This document shows positions 25,111 through 38,251 of a stretch of DNA of 55,184 nucleotides, in pieces (the first letter of the stretch is position 1; every line of letters begins with the position of its first letter). Location of the stretch: NCBI GenBank assembly GCA_022813965.1, contig JALDZS010000157.1:1-55184 (forward strand), in the 5' to 3' direction. The translations under genes and the position numbers were made by a program. The DNA is from Toensbergia leucococca. Lineage: Eukaryota. The notes beneath the pieces were generated by a model that had not been told where the DNA came from, did no database searches, and saw nothing but the letters and a program-made list of their open reading frames with translations.

Positions 25111-27478
25111 ATGAATTTGAGGCTTGGAATATCTTGCCCGAAGAGGCATCTCAGAAGCTTGGACCAGCTATGACGTTGTTCCGTGCTTATGACTTCCTTG
25201 CGCTACAAAGGCAGCAAATCATTGTTACGGAGTATTGTCAGCGCCAACATGGCATCTCACCACAGCTGTTCCTGAAGTGTGTGGTACTCGCAACCAATCA
25301 AGACTCCAAACGCAAGATTCCGTTCCCAATTGAATGGTTCTATGCCTGCACCAATAAAATTTGACCCGCAGCATTGGTCTTGCCAGGTGTACTTAGGCTT
25401 TGGTCAGACGACCTTTTTCACCTTTTTCTGATCCATGTTGCTACCACTTGTATATCTTATATGTCTTGTGGCCAGAATCTAAGCAAGATTTGCTTGACTT
25501 AAAGAAAGGAGAAACTGGACCACCCGTGGACGCTCTTAAGGGGAGCTCGCCTCATAAAATCAACATTGCGCAAGGAAACCATTGGGAAGCTTCTCCGGTG
25601 AGTATATTCTCGTTTACATGTTCTTGAACAACTCCTGATGTAAATATTCAATGTCACCTCCTGGAAATTTGGAATGAAGATTGGTCGCAAGACTCGAATA
25701 GATTGTCATGTCACGCAATACGTATTGGAATGATAAAGAAGCTAACGATTGAATAGTCTCGACTTGTCTCAAGGGGGTGAAATGCTGCTTACTCATTCCA
25801 ATGAGATCGAGATCACCAAGAGCTACCTAGCTTGATGAAGTGATCGAGACCAGATGTAGCCTAGATAAGCATTCCGGGATCATGGATCAAGAAGAGTACC
25901 GAGGATGCACGATCAAGCAGCGGTAATATGTAGCTACCCGACCCGCGGGTAGCGACTGCCCAGTCCTAAATGCAAGAGGAAAGGCGTCTCGTCCCATGGA
26001 CCAGCGCTACGGGACGACGGCAAGGTACTCCAGCCGATGGATTGGCAAAGCTCGGGCTCTTTCAGGCAAGCTTCTATTTTCATGAAATCCTCCAGAGACA
26101 GGTCAAATGACATGCCATGCTGAAGAACGGTCGCCAGAGAGTGCATATCACATGGAAGAATACGTGGCCGAGTAGACACTATGACAGTGGATTCGACTCT
26201 GGATACTTCTAGAGGCAGCAATGACCAATCGCATCCGCGAGTAGCTTTCCGTGGCAGTGACTTTATAGTGACCTGCCTCGGCAGAAGCATCGTCGGGGAG
26301 ATATGCCGTGGCTAAGTACTGAAGACTTGAGAACATGCCAGAGGCTAGTAAACGGATGATGTGTCTTAGGTTCCGACGACAGGAAAGTCGATGATTCAGT
26401 GTGGAGGTTCTTAGTGACCTCGGCTAAGCAGAAGGATGCAGAATTGTGATAAGTCAGAATTAGAATTAGATGTCAGACCGAAGAAGACAGGCTACAGGCA
26501 CATATCTGAGGGTGAAAATACGAGGGTGAAGTGGGCGAGCAAAGCCGATGACGGGAACGGTAGTGATATAGACCAGCAGTAGCGTTCACATAAAATAGAA
26601 TGGAATTCAGGGTCATGCAAGTCATGATGGATAACTCAGCAAAGTGTTCCGGTACCTGATTCTGATACTACCTCAGATCGAGTAGTGCCAGTGGAGGTAC
26701 AAAGGAGGTACATGTCTGATGTAACGATGCATGTTAGCGAGGCCAAAAAGGCGCTTACAAAAGCTTGTTGAGACATCCTCGCTGCCGGCTCCCAATGTAC
26801 CGACAAGTATCTTCTGCCAACTTGCGCTGTCAGGTAAGCCGTAGCTACAACACGGCTCATCTTGCGAAGGGGGGAGCAGTGGGAGATGACAGACATTGAA
26901 GATCATTGGGCCATGATCGCCCACACTACCGCTCTAATTACATATCGAGAAGCCGCTGCTAGCCTATCACTCCCACGACCATTTCAACTACAGGACATTG
27001 GACACTACCACATCCGACAAGAGATGCAGCCCGAGTGAAGGAATGATGGGCCCGACCCCGCACTCTACTTCTCCTAAGGGGAAAGTACTGTTACACAAAG
27101 CCATTGTCTCCTCGGGTCGAGCTACACGGCAGCGACAGATATCTGTCTGATTCTTGACCTCTTCGTCGACGCTCCAGGTACCGGTACTTGCCTCATGCCA
27201 AAACTACCCTCGTCCCGTTTCCAGCGCTGAATGCGAAAGCCACACATCACACGCGCAGCTTGACCCTCGCGCAACGTGCTGTGCCATTGATAGTCACGTT
27301 GTACAGGTGGCCCTTGAATGGAAGTCAGAGGCAATCAAGTCTCGATCTCCATGTCAATCCCTGAAGAGCATTCGTGACTTCTGGCCTGTTTGCCTTCGCT
27401 CAATTCCATCCAGGCTACCATGTACCTATGACGCCTGTTTCGACTAGCCATTTCACCAACCCTTCACCTTTCCACACC

Positions 27479-28422
27479 ATGTCGTGAGTACCGACGCTCC
27501 AAGTCTTCCCGTGCCCTAACGTCGTTTATAAGCACCTTTCTTGTCCCTGTTTTATTCCCTGCATAACCTTCTGCACTTTCCACTTTCGAACCTATTACTC
27601 ACTCATCAAGCTCGTCGCCCCCTTTCAGACGCAACATCAACCAAATCACTTCAACCATTTCACCTCCATTTCACCAGACGAACTTCGCGACTACGTCTTA
27701 TTCAACTCAACCGGAACAGTCTCTCCCAGGGTTCCAGCCATCCGGCGTCTCAGCGGCCCCGAAGAAGCGGAAAACATCAGACTCGGCGACGGGAACTTCA
27801 GCAGCAACCTCGCCAACAATGGAAACCGATCCAAGAGTTGTTGGTGAAGCGAGTGGTACTTTTGGAGATGCATCGTCTTCGCCACCAGCACCAAAGAAGA
27901 GTAGGACAAATACACCCTGGACTCCTGCCGAGGAACAGCGCTTGAAAAATATGAGAGATACTGGAAGCAGCTGGAGTGATATAGCTAAGGTGAGTAGTGC
28001 TACTGATGTGATCGTGGTAAACTTAGCTGATACAGTTCATTTCAAAGACATTTCCTACCCGCACTGAAGGCAGTGTGAAGAAGCACTGGTACAAGGTAAG
28101 GCCTTCGAAATTGGCTGCGTGCAAAATGCCGAAAGGCTAACCACATTATAGGACATGCATTATGCAGATTTTGCTGAGGACGAGGTATAATCTCAAGAAT
28201 CCATATCTATTGGTGTGTGTTAAACTGACCACAAACAGAGCGCGGCTTTATTGGCAGCTATCAAGGAATACGAAGCCAATAAATGGAAGGTTATTGGGCA
28301 GAAAGTTGGAAAGCCTGCAAAGGTACGTTGCACAGTTGCCTGCTAAATGCCTTGTCTGGGTACTCATCAAATTCTAGGCCTGCGAACAGTATGCGAAAGA
28401 GAACTTTGCAGGCAGAATCTAG
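27479..28422 (+). CDS. Small Myb/SANT-domain DNA-binding protein (multi-exon)
   Basis: ATG TC|intron 27484..27628 joins in frame to TNTPWTPAEEQRLKNMRDTGSSWSDIAK|TFPTRTEGSVKKHWYK|DMHYADFAEDE|SAALLAAIKEYEANKWKVIGQKVGKPAK|ACEQYAKENFAGRI*. Confidence 0.9.
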
Positions 28423-29135
28423 ATAGCTCATCTCCTTTGCAACTAAGATATCCAGCAGAGTTCTTCTGTTTCTTGGAACAGGGAGGAACATCTGGCGTCC
28501 TTGAAGTCTCGGTCATTGGGTTATGTGCGTTCTTATGCTTGGGCGATATTAGCGATTGAGATCTGGTGCGACGAATCATGAAAATTTCTGTTATAATTGT
28601 CTGATATCAGATGTTTTATGCTTCTGGCTCGTTTACATAGGTCGTAGTGATTTCTGTACCAGACGTGTTCTAGCATAGCAAGGTCCTTTCTCCTTAACCA
28701 TTTAATGGTTCTCCGAATAGCAACTCACTTATTCATGGCCACTTCTTCTTGTATATTTCAAGCCATACTCAATCGGGGGCTTCTAATGGACAAAACGAGA
28801 CTGCATGGCGAGCCTCGTGGCCGAGGCAATAATCAGCGCCTGCGCCGAAAGTGAAAGATCCACAATGATGCATAAAGGGCAAGGACAAGGTCTTTGGGGA
28901 ACTAGGAGCCTCGATCATGAAGCTACGTGGCATCTTCGATGGTATGGCCTCATCTCAAGGCCCTGAATATATTCACGACAATACATTCATGACTGTTCTC
29001 AACACCTCGTCTATCATTATGGCGATGTCAGTGGATAACACTTCACTTCAATACTCAAGTATAAGAATAGTAGGTATTTTTCATCCCCCATAGCACGAAT
29101 ACTCACGCTGACTCTCTCACGAAATCTTCTCCATC

Positions 29136-30011
29136 ATGTCCGAAGCCTCAAGCATACCAGATCATGCTCTACGGGAGGTTCTGGCTATGCTCCAAGGGTA
29201 TTTCTGACACGACATGCTATAGTTTATAACACTGATAAATGGCTTAGTCTTTTCTCCTGCGGAGATTATGCCGACGCGAAGGTGACCTGTGGAGGAGGCG
29301 CTTGGCCGATCCACAGTCTGATTGTCTGTCCGCGTTCAACTTTCTTCAAGGGAGCACTAAGAAGCGGTTTCAAGGTACAGGGTCATTTTCCAAGGTGCAA
29401 CTATTGCTATTTCATGGACTGATAAGCCACAATAGGAATCAAGATCCAAGGTTGTCGACCTACCTGAAGATAACCGTTGGGCGGTTTTCCGAATGGTCAA
29501 GTACTTCTATAGCCTCGATTATACCGAAGACCTTGCTACCGAGCTTACAATGGGTGGAATCATGAAGCGTCATACGGAGGATCGGAGTGAATACGTCTCT
29601 CGACTCAACATCAACGTAGTGATGTACGCAATGGGCGATAAGTACGGCATCAAAAGCCTCAAGAAACTCGCAGAGAACAAGTTCGAAGCAGCCCACGAAG
29701 CCATTTCAGGAACGCCGATTGAAGCTAGGGAATTGATGGTTATCATTCCGACTGTCTACGAGTCTACCCCCGAGACGGACCGAGGACTCAGAGACAGCGT
29801 TCTCTCGTATGCTTCTAACGCCTGGAGCAATATTTCCGCCTTGCCTGGATTCAAAGATCTTTTCACCAGGACGCCGGCTTTCACAACCGATCTCTTTAGC
29901 AAGGTTCCCAAGAATATTATTCTAGAACAATGCTCTAGCTGTGGATGCGGGGATGAGTGGAAGGCTGAGAGTATTCGTTGTGTGTGTGGAACGGTGAAGA
30001 AGTTGACTTGA
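29136..30011 (+). CDS. BTB/POZ domain protein with a C-terminal Cys cluster (3 exons)
   Basis: GDYADAKVTCGGGAWPIHSLIVCPRSTFFKGALRSGFK|ESRSKVVDLPED..MVKYFYSLDY, NVVMYAMGDKYGIKSLKKLA, VYESTPETDRGLRD; C-terminal CSSCGC..CVCG. Confidence 0.9.
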
Positions 30012-30744
30012 GGGCCTTATGTAATAATTGTGGAGGCTGTCGATGCTGAAGTACTCTAGTTTTGAGTAGTGAGCGTGTTCAAAAGCTGGATTGGGGCTTT
30101 ATGTGAGTTGGGGTGGGTTTTTTGAATATGGAGGTACTTTAGGTTGCAACCGAGAGCGTCGAGCTTTCTTGTTTACTCGGCTGAAAGACCTCTGTAACCG
30201 TAACATGAAATTTGATACTACATCATTTCTTTCACTTCCTCAGTTCACATAAATCGAACGCTTCATATGGCATGGAGCCAGCTGCATTTACTACCAACAC
30301 ACATGTTGATGCATCTCAGACCACTTTACTATCTTTCATAGCAAGTTCCACGCCCAGCTAGACTATCTTCAGGCATATTCATTATCCAGTACCCTCATCA
30401 GTCTCGACTGCGCTTTCGATCCGATCAACAGTCCAATAAGTCAGTCCTTTCTTTGTTGTATTGCCGCGCCGCCATCAACAATCTATCGCTATGCACTTTC
30501 TTAATGCATCCATTTTGTTAGTTGCATCCTCTACTCCTATCTGGAGAGCTTGAGCTTACCTTTTATCATCGCAGCTCTAGTTCCAAAGAAATCCTAGTCT
30601 TTACGTTAGTCACCAGCCGTACCCTAGTCACAGACTGCGTCCTGGGTCTCACTGACCGCGCCCTCGGGGGCATCAGCCATGTTTTGGCGTTTACCAACTG
30701 GAACCTCACAATCTGATCTTACAGAGCTTCGCGAGTCGACATAA

Positions 30745-31470
30745 ATGTACCCAATCTCATCCCAGTACCCTGATTCTGCGCATGATAGCAAAGCACTAAT
30801 TGGACCCATATCAGACTCTGGGGCTCAGGGCAGGGTGATCTGACAGTCGTGTGCAGTTCAAATCCATGGGTATTTTACGACTCAATTGTATTTCCGCGCT
30901 CGGAATATTTCCAAGCTATTTTCGAGGGAGTTTTCCAGGTATGTTCCAACAACTGATGATTTTTCAAGAGATGATCCGAAACTAACAGCTTGATAGAAAA
31001 CGAAAACTGCCCGAATTGAAAGGGTGGATCATAATCCATGGATGGTCGACAGAATGCTACGACTCTCCGTATGAACCACAGAGCGTAACAAAGATGAGGG
31101 AAGAATCCAGGGAGATACTAGAAGAACATTGCGTCTCGAATCTACATACCAATGTGAACATGTACGCAATGGGGAACAAGTCTGTCATCAAGACATGAAA
31201 GGAGACGGTAGAAAGTACATTTAGAATGACGTTCTCTATGATCGAAGAGCAAGATTTGGTCCCGCATTTGCTCGCCCTCAATCCGGTTATCTACGACCTA
31301 GCTTCTGAAGAGGCTGTGGAATATATGACGTGTTAGCGACGTGTGCTGCGAAGAACTAGAGATGGTGGTCATTTCCAGCAGAGTTCTCGACTCTCTTGAC
31401 TAGAACTCCACCAATTACGATAGACGTTGGGAATGTCCTGGCCAAGCAATCGTTTGACCGTGAACGTTAA
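30745..31470 (+). pseudogene. Pseudogenised tandem paralogue of the BTB/POZ gene
   Basis: GDLTVVCSSNPWVFYDSIVFPRSEYFQAIFEGVFQ|intron at the equivalent position|KTKTARIERVDHNPWMVDRML, then a frameshift, then NLHTNVNMYAMGNKSVIKT* with a premature stop at 31196-31198 and further stops. Confidence 0.8.
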
Positions 31471-33982
31471 ACGTGCGGACCCAGTATCATAAAGGCGAAT
31501 TATGGAATGAATTACACATGTAACGGTCCGAGGAGTTCCGATTAGGGCGATGGAGCAACATTGTTAGGATTGTTGAAGTTGTCGAATGAAGAGATTAGGA
31601 ATTTGAAGCAGGCGCTGCTTACTGATCAGGTTTGGAGTCCATCTTCCCATGTGCCCAAGGAGGAACCATTGCCTTAGGAAACGATTTAGCGAAGGTACTT
31701 CATCGCAGCATACATTCTTCTTATTGTCGGTGGCAAATGTTATACAACGATCTAAGTATTTGTTTGGATGTTCCTCAATAGGACAGACTTTGCTTCATGC
31801 TAGTCCAAGGTGTCGAGTTAATACAACGTTACCATGCGTTCAAATGTAACGACCTCGCCTACCTAGGAATTACTCTGCGCCCATTCGACAGAGCTTTCTA
31901 TGGTGCCTTTTCACTAAAAGTGATCTGACATGTGCTCGCATACCTCGATGAATGTCTGATCCGTCAATATAGATGTTTTTGACTCCAGATGTTTGCCATC
32001 GAGATTAGATAAGCAGTCATAGCAAACCCTAGCCCTAAGAATATCACTTGACTCGGCTTGTCTCGCTTACTCGTACTCGGTATCAATGTATATCTTGCCA
32101 AGACTGTGCCAAGGCCGCAGTGCTTCCCAGCTAGCTCGTGGCCCGTGCACTGTGCAGTACTTAATCTCCTGGCATGACAGTCTACTGCAAGTCATGCACC
32201 AATGTCTGACTGGAGGCGGCACCAAAGCAAACACGGACCAACGATTGGTAGCTTGAACATGGCTAGAGCAAGCTTGGCAGCGGCCCTCTGTCCCCCGACC
32301 CCCGTCCCATGCTCGTCCGGAGCTTATCTTCACTACACCCTGATAATCAATGATTCCCAAGTATACTATGAGTCGTGCCACACGCTATTGCACTACACCG
32401 CAATTTTCTTTCTTTTCTTTTGGAGACAGACGGGAAGTCTAGTTAGAGATGTTTCAGTCCGGTCGCCCAAAACGTGGCATCATCAATACTTACTCAATGC
32501 TAGCCCTGCATATCAGGTCAAAACAAGAAAAAGAAAGTCGTCTCTCACCCTGAACTTTGATCATGGTGTGCAGACGATTGCGCGCAAAGGCTGAGGCGCC
32601 AAAAGGAACCGCTTAAACTCTGTAGGGGAGCTACATGCGGGTCAACGATCATTGGGCAAAGTATGCATTCACATAGAATCTAGACGAGAAGGCGGGCCAA
32701 CCTCTTGAAGTTTGCATTTTCGACATTTTGCTTCAAGGTGGAGGTTACATACGGCCCGCTCCGTCCGTTGCTCGAGTAAAATCAAGACCCTGAGAAAGGT
32801 CCAACGATCCGCCTACTGTAAAATGACTAGCTTTTCTTCAAAAGCCCCTACAGTCAGAAGACTCAAAAGACGGTTCCCGCCCTGAATGATCTCTTGGATA
32901 GATTTGACTAATAGGGTTACGAGACCCTGCCGCAGCACGCAGGGAAAGTCTTAGGCTCACCTGCAATCCGACGATCCTCTCTCCTACATCTGAGGGCGTT
33001 GTGTGTCATGCACCCTTTCCAGAGTTGAATTTGTGCTGAAACCACATCATATTTAGCAAATATCACTGCGCCGCAATGCCCGTTTGGCAAAATCTGGATG
33101 TCTCTTGGTTTCCTCGTCATCTATCCGCCCAATCAATTTCCCGTCCGATATGAACCTTGTTTGATGGTTGCAACTAGAAGCGTAATCGGTAATTCATAAC
33201 TCTCGACCAAGGAAAGAATTGCCTGAATACTGGCTATGAGAAGAAAGCGATCCACGGAAGCGGCCAGCTCAAGCTCTTTTCTCCCACGGGGGCTGAGACG
33301 GGGTCTACAGCATGAAATCTAGACTCTTCCATTCATGGCTGTTATCCCATATACTTCCGCACCTTGGATCATTACTATCCGGATAATCTAGATCAGCGTA
33401 ATTAAGGGCAAACGCAACGCCGGCTTTTGGGTGCAGATACCTTACGGTCGGACAGGTATTCACGCCAGCTACGGTACTCCCCGTTCTGGGCATAGTACCT
33501 GAATCGTTGTGATTCTGGACACGTGTACTCCAGAAGACTGGCATTGGATCAGACGATTGGCTTATTTTTCCGGCAAGGGTGAGTCGAGTTTCTTAGGATT
33601 TATAAAACAGCTATCGTCAATAGATCTGTGCAATCGGCTTAGGGGCTTCTATACTCGTTGGTTAATTTAATTCTTGAACGCACATGTGCACGTTCTCGCG
33701 CATGCACAAGGCGTGGAAAGGCATGCTATTAGCTATCCCACTCCCCCGGCCCCAGGGGTCAATCCTGTCTCAGAAGCTCGGTTTTCACAGCAGAGTCTGA
33801 AAATGGTACTTGTGCATCAAGTGAGTCGGCTTCAATGATTTCATCCTTTGCTCCTGCTGCGAGTACTTGAATAGCACCATTGCAAGGCCAGAAATTTGCC
33901 ATCCTCGTAATATTGCTTCTAGCCTACGGCTTCATCAAGCTCAGTATGATACATTCTATCGTCGAATCTTTGTTGAGAGCAG

Positions 33983-34637
33983 CAGGGTTCCCAATAGTTT
34001 ACTAACTAACTACCTAACTATTAGTAATTACTAATAGTTAGGTAGTTAGGTAGTTAGTTGGTGCAGTTTGAGGTCCTGATAGGTAGTTGGTTAACTAGTT
34101 AACGATCCAAATTATACTACTTAACTAATAGTTCAGACTTTTCCTTGGTGTTGAGTTTTTTGAGTAGTTTTCGGAATCAAAACAACTCAAAATGGCCTAA
34201 GGACTACTCAAAGGGGTTTAGCGGTAACTCAAAGAGGCTTAGTTTTACAAACAAATTTCAAATCTTTTGCCCGACCAATCTCATCTTCATCCATCAACCA
34301 TCATTTTATCAACCATGACTGAAAGCGACACTCTATCTAAGGCTCCTAGTCATCTTACCACCCCATTTACCCTCGCTGCTCGCTTCACAGCCTCCTCAGG
34401 CCCCCCGCCAGCCACACTCATCATCTTGCAACTTGACGTCCTGTCATTTCTAAGAAATCCTCTCAAAAGAAGTCGCAATCTCAGCTACCATCAATGTCAC
34501 AGATAGAGGGTGCATACTAATAGTTCAACTATCAGTTAACTAGTTAAGGATTCAAACTATACTACGAACTATCAAAATCCTGGTAGTTGGTGCAGTTTGA
34601 GGTCAGATACTAACTAATTCAACTATTGGGAACCCTG
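33983..34637. mobile_element. Non-autonomous hAT-type element (MITE), 655 bp, 17-bp perfect TIRs, 8-bp TSD GAGAGCAG
   Basis: cagggttcccaatagtt (33983-33999) and aactattgggaaccctg (34621-34637). GAGAGCAG at 33975-33982 and 34638-34645. Many subterminal TAGTT/AACTA motifs. Confidence 0.95.
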
Positions 34638-36454
34638 GAGAGCAGCAATTCTCGCCTTGAGATAAGCACGAAAGTTTCAGTTATGTTGATGGGCTAGAAT
34701 CATGTATTTCATAATGAACTATCTAGAGTCTAACCTTCTGAGTATGAACATACGAAACAAAGAATGCTTGACTGTCTGGTTTCTGTTTGCTAACCATGAA
34801 ACGTTTCAGACTTTACGGTGTTGAGTCTCTTTATTTCAACAGATGATCATCGTGGTACTCCAGACACATGATTTCTTCTCCCTGCAGATCTTTGCCCGCC
34901 GATGTTCTGTCTTGACAGCTTGGGCTCCATTCAATCAAACAGGAGAAAGCGCCGCATCAGTCCATTTGAGAGGATGGATGGCATAATGATCTCTGACTTC
35001 ATCACTGATAACCTCATCATATGCCTCCCCATCCTAACTGTACGCTTCACACACCCCCAATTGTTGGAAGCCAAGGCAAATTCATAGTCAACAAATCGCG
35101 AGACTCCAGAAGTCAGAGTCTCGGAAGCTCACTGTGATTGATATACTTGGACTAAGTGGCTACATAAGTGACCCGCTGAGACATCTTACGCTATCTGTGA
35201 ACATACTGAACACCGTTTAGATCCCCTTGTAGCATCATCAGCAGCGAGAAACAGTTTTTTCAAAATCAATCAACTTCAACAAGGATGAGCCTTCGTAGGA
35301 ACCCTAGCTGTCTCCTCATCACCACCTCTATATCCAGCTACAACCCACAGCAAAAAGCCAACAGCCCCGCACAGAAAGCAAGAAAATCACCCAACTTTCT
35401 ACTGAAGCATGTGCACAGCAGGAAACATCAAGAATATCCAAGCCCACCAACGAAATCAAGTCAAGAATCCATGAGCGGTGAGAGATGAGACAGGCGCGCA
35501 GCCTTTGCCCAAAACAAGATAAATTAAGCACCACGCCTTGCTTTCACGAGGGATCTGTGCAAAAATCTCAGTGCCACTTTTCTGGAGTGGGTATACGACT
35601 GGCTGGCCCTTTGACTACCTTACCTTATTCCGCCGCTTTATGGTATCGTAGCGCGCAAACGAAAAAGGCTGTCTACTCGTATCCACTCCCTTTTTGTAGA
35701 AGAAAAAGAAAGTTCTCATTTGGATATGTGAAAATATGACGTAGATAACGAAGATATATCCCCAAAGGGAGAATTTTGTGGATCCTTGTCAGCAACTTAA
35801 CACTCTCTCCTTGTTGTTTCCCCGCATCTCTCAACTCCTCAATAAACACCTAGAGAGAGAGAAGAAGAGAAAAAGATCAAGTCCTCCCATCTCAGCAAAG
35901 CAAAAACTCTCTCAACCATCCCGTTCATAGCTCGCGCTATCTCTATCATCAAAAAAAAGGGAGAGTGGAGAAGAGAGGGATGGATGCCCTAAACTGCGGA
36001 GAAAGGAAGATAATCAGGGAGGGATCTTTAGGTGCGGTGAGTTGGTTCAGAGTCTGGCTACTAAATCAAGCTGTCATGGATTTTTGGGAGGGAGGGGGGG
36101 GGAGTATGAGGCTGGTTTTCTTTTTTTTTTTTGGCGTTGGGGGGGAGTTTAGTGGGGTGGGCTTGGGGGATGTGGTCGATGGATTGTTTTAGAATAGAGG
36201 GGGGAGTGGGGCGGGTGGAGTTGTAGGGATCTTCAATAATCTGGCTTAAGATAAAACGTACTACGGTCCATGAAAACCCCCATCCCTTATCAGCTCGGCA
36301 GTATCCAATGAATTAGAAGAAAATTATATATATCCAAAAAGCACACATGTCCAAAACAAAAAGCCCGCGCACACCCCATCACAAGCCTCCCCTGCCCTCC
36401 ACCCCCCAAAAAAAAGCACAACAACAGTATCCCCAAAAACTACACCACCCCACT

Positions 36455-38251
36455 CTACCTCCCAAACCGCCTCAACTCCCACCACCTCAACGGCGGATAC
36501 ACAAGCCCCGCCCAACAAAACCCAACATAATTCCCCATATCCGCCCCATACTCCCCCACCAACCGCGCAATCGGCCCCACGTACCAAACCTGCGCCATAC
36601 AAAGCACCGCGCCCGCCCACCCGACCCCAAAGGCCACGAGAGCCGCGATCCCCACCGGCAACCGCTCCTGCCGATTCCAAGCCGTCCAATCATAGCTACC
36701 GCTACCACCACCGCTACCGCCGCCGCTGTCACCGCCGCTCGCGCGTCGTCGTCGTGGTCGTCGAAAAAGGAGGTGTTCTTCGACGGTGATGGCGATCCAG
36801 ATGGCCAGCCAGTAGCCCATGAGGGCGAGGAAGTTTGTGAAGATCTCGCTCAGGTTGTTGCGGCCGGCGAGGGCGCAGACGGTGTAGATGACGACGCCGA
36901 TGGTGTTCCAGACAAAGCGGGGGATTTTCTCAGCCGTGGCGCCGAGGATTTGGAAGTCGACGCCGGAGGAGTAGGTGGGTGGGATGGTGTTTGCAATGAC
37001 GCCGAGGGCGATGATGACGGCGAGGAAGGAGCCGAATTTGCCGAGAGGGAGGGTTAGGGAGGCGACGAGGAGGCTGCCTTGCGAGGTGGTGTAGGCTGAT
37101 TGGAGGGGAGGAGAGGAGGCAAGGCCGGAGGCGAGGCCAATTCCAAGGGTTAGGGCGAAGGTGAAGGAGAGGGTTAGGGCGGTGAGGATTAGACTGAAGA
37201 GGGGGAGGGGAGGGGTGGTGGGGGGATAGTAGACGAAGAAGTCGGCGGCGCAGCCGGCGTAGGTTATTGCTGCTGAGAGGGCGAGGGAGAAAAAGGAGAG
37301 CCGGTTGCCTGTTATTGTGGCGGGGTCACCGGCGGAGGGAGTGGTGAGGTCGAAGGTTGGAGCTGCGACGCCGTAGAGGATTGACATTGCTATTAGTTGG
37401 GGGAGGAAGGCGTAGCTTTGAGGAGAGATTTAGTGGGGTTATGATGATGATGAAGAGCTCGAGGGGTTTTACCGTTCGTAGTAGTGAAATATTTGGATGC
37501 CAAAGGTTGTTACTGCCCAGGTTATTACAGCGACGATGATGATGCCTGAATTCGGGGTGAGTTACAACGTATTTATTTGTGGGCGGAAAACTCACCGACG
37601 ACGATGGACATGCTGCCATTAGAGGAAATGGCGGAAAGGATTTGTCCGGCAACAACACAATTGATCAAGGCATAGCCCAACAATACAATCAAATTCAGTA
37701 GAACGACCAATTTGCTCGGCCACCATCCCATGGTATACCGAGCGAAGATCTACCATTTACATCAATGATGTTCTTAAACTCCCTTTAATAGTCAGAAAAC
37801 ATACCATTGTACGATTTCCAGAAACAGGGCCCCAGGTAGAAATGTACGCAACAGGAATACTACCAAGCAAGGAACCAAACGAAGCACACAGCGTCGCATC
37901 TTTGAAGCTCAAAGCGAATACAGCTGGGCCGAGCATGCCGAGAGTGATATTAACGGCAGCGAGATTGATCGAAATCCACAGAATGAAAGCTTGCATGTAA
38001 TCTTTCCGCGTCAAGCCATGGGTTTCATGAGGCTCTACTCGCTGGATACCTCGGGCTTCGAAATTGTACGCGACGAGTTGCCGCTCAAAGTTTTTGGTAT
38101 AAATTACTATCTTTTCCCCAAGGTTCTTTGACGGTATTGGAGACTGGATGCTACCTTCTCGATCATTTTTCTTATAGGCGTCGTCCTCGAGTCTCCCTAC
38201 CTGCAGGGAGCCCTTTTCCATGTCCACCAACTCGGGCGACGGATTCGACAT
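36455..38251 (-). CDS. NCS1-family purine-cytosine permease (Fcy2/Fcy21/Tpn1-like), 4 exons
   Basis: EARGIQRVEP, WISINLAAVNITLGMLGP, GPVSGNRTM|IFARYTMGWWPSK, YER|YAFLPQL, AADFFVYYP, ANTIPPTYSSG, NFLALMGYW, MAQVWYVGPIA, YPPLRWWELRRFGR. Confidence 0.93.

Noticed and set aside
25130..27450. Assorted 60-120 aa ORFs between the allantoate permease and the Myb gene
   Set aside because: No recognisable motifs or coherent exon chain; likely intergenic or UTR sequence.
31500..33950. Gene-free stretch checked for tRNA, snoRNA or TPP-riboswitch signatures
   Set aside because: No cloverleaf/T-loop context or riboswitch consensus could be supported by eye; a covariance-model search (Infernal/Rfam) would be needed.
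36347..37057. 236-aa plus-strand ORF
   Set aside because: Antisense shadow of the GC-rich last exon of the purine-cytosine permease.
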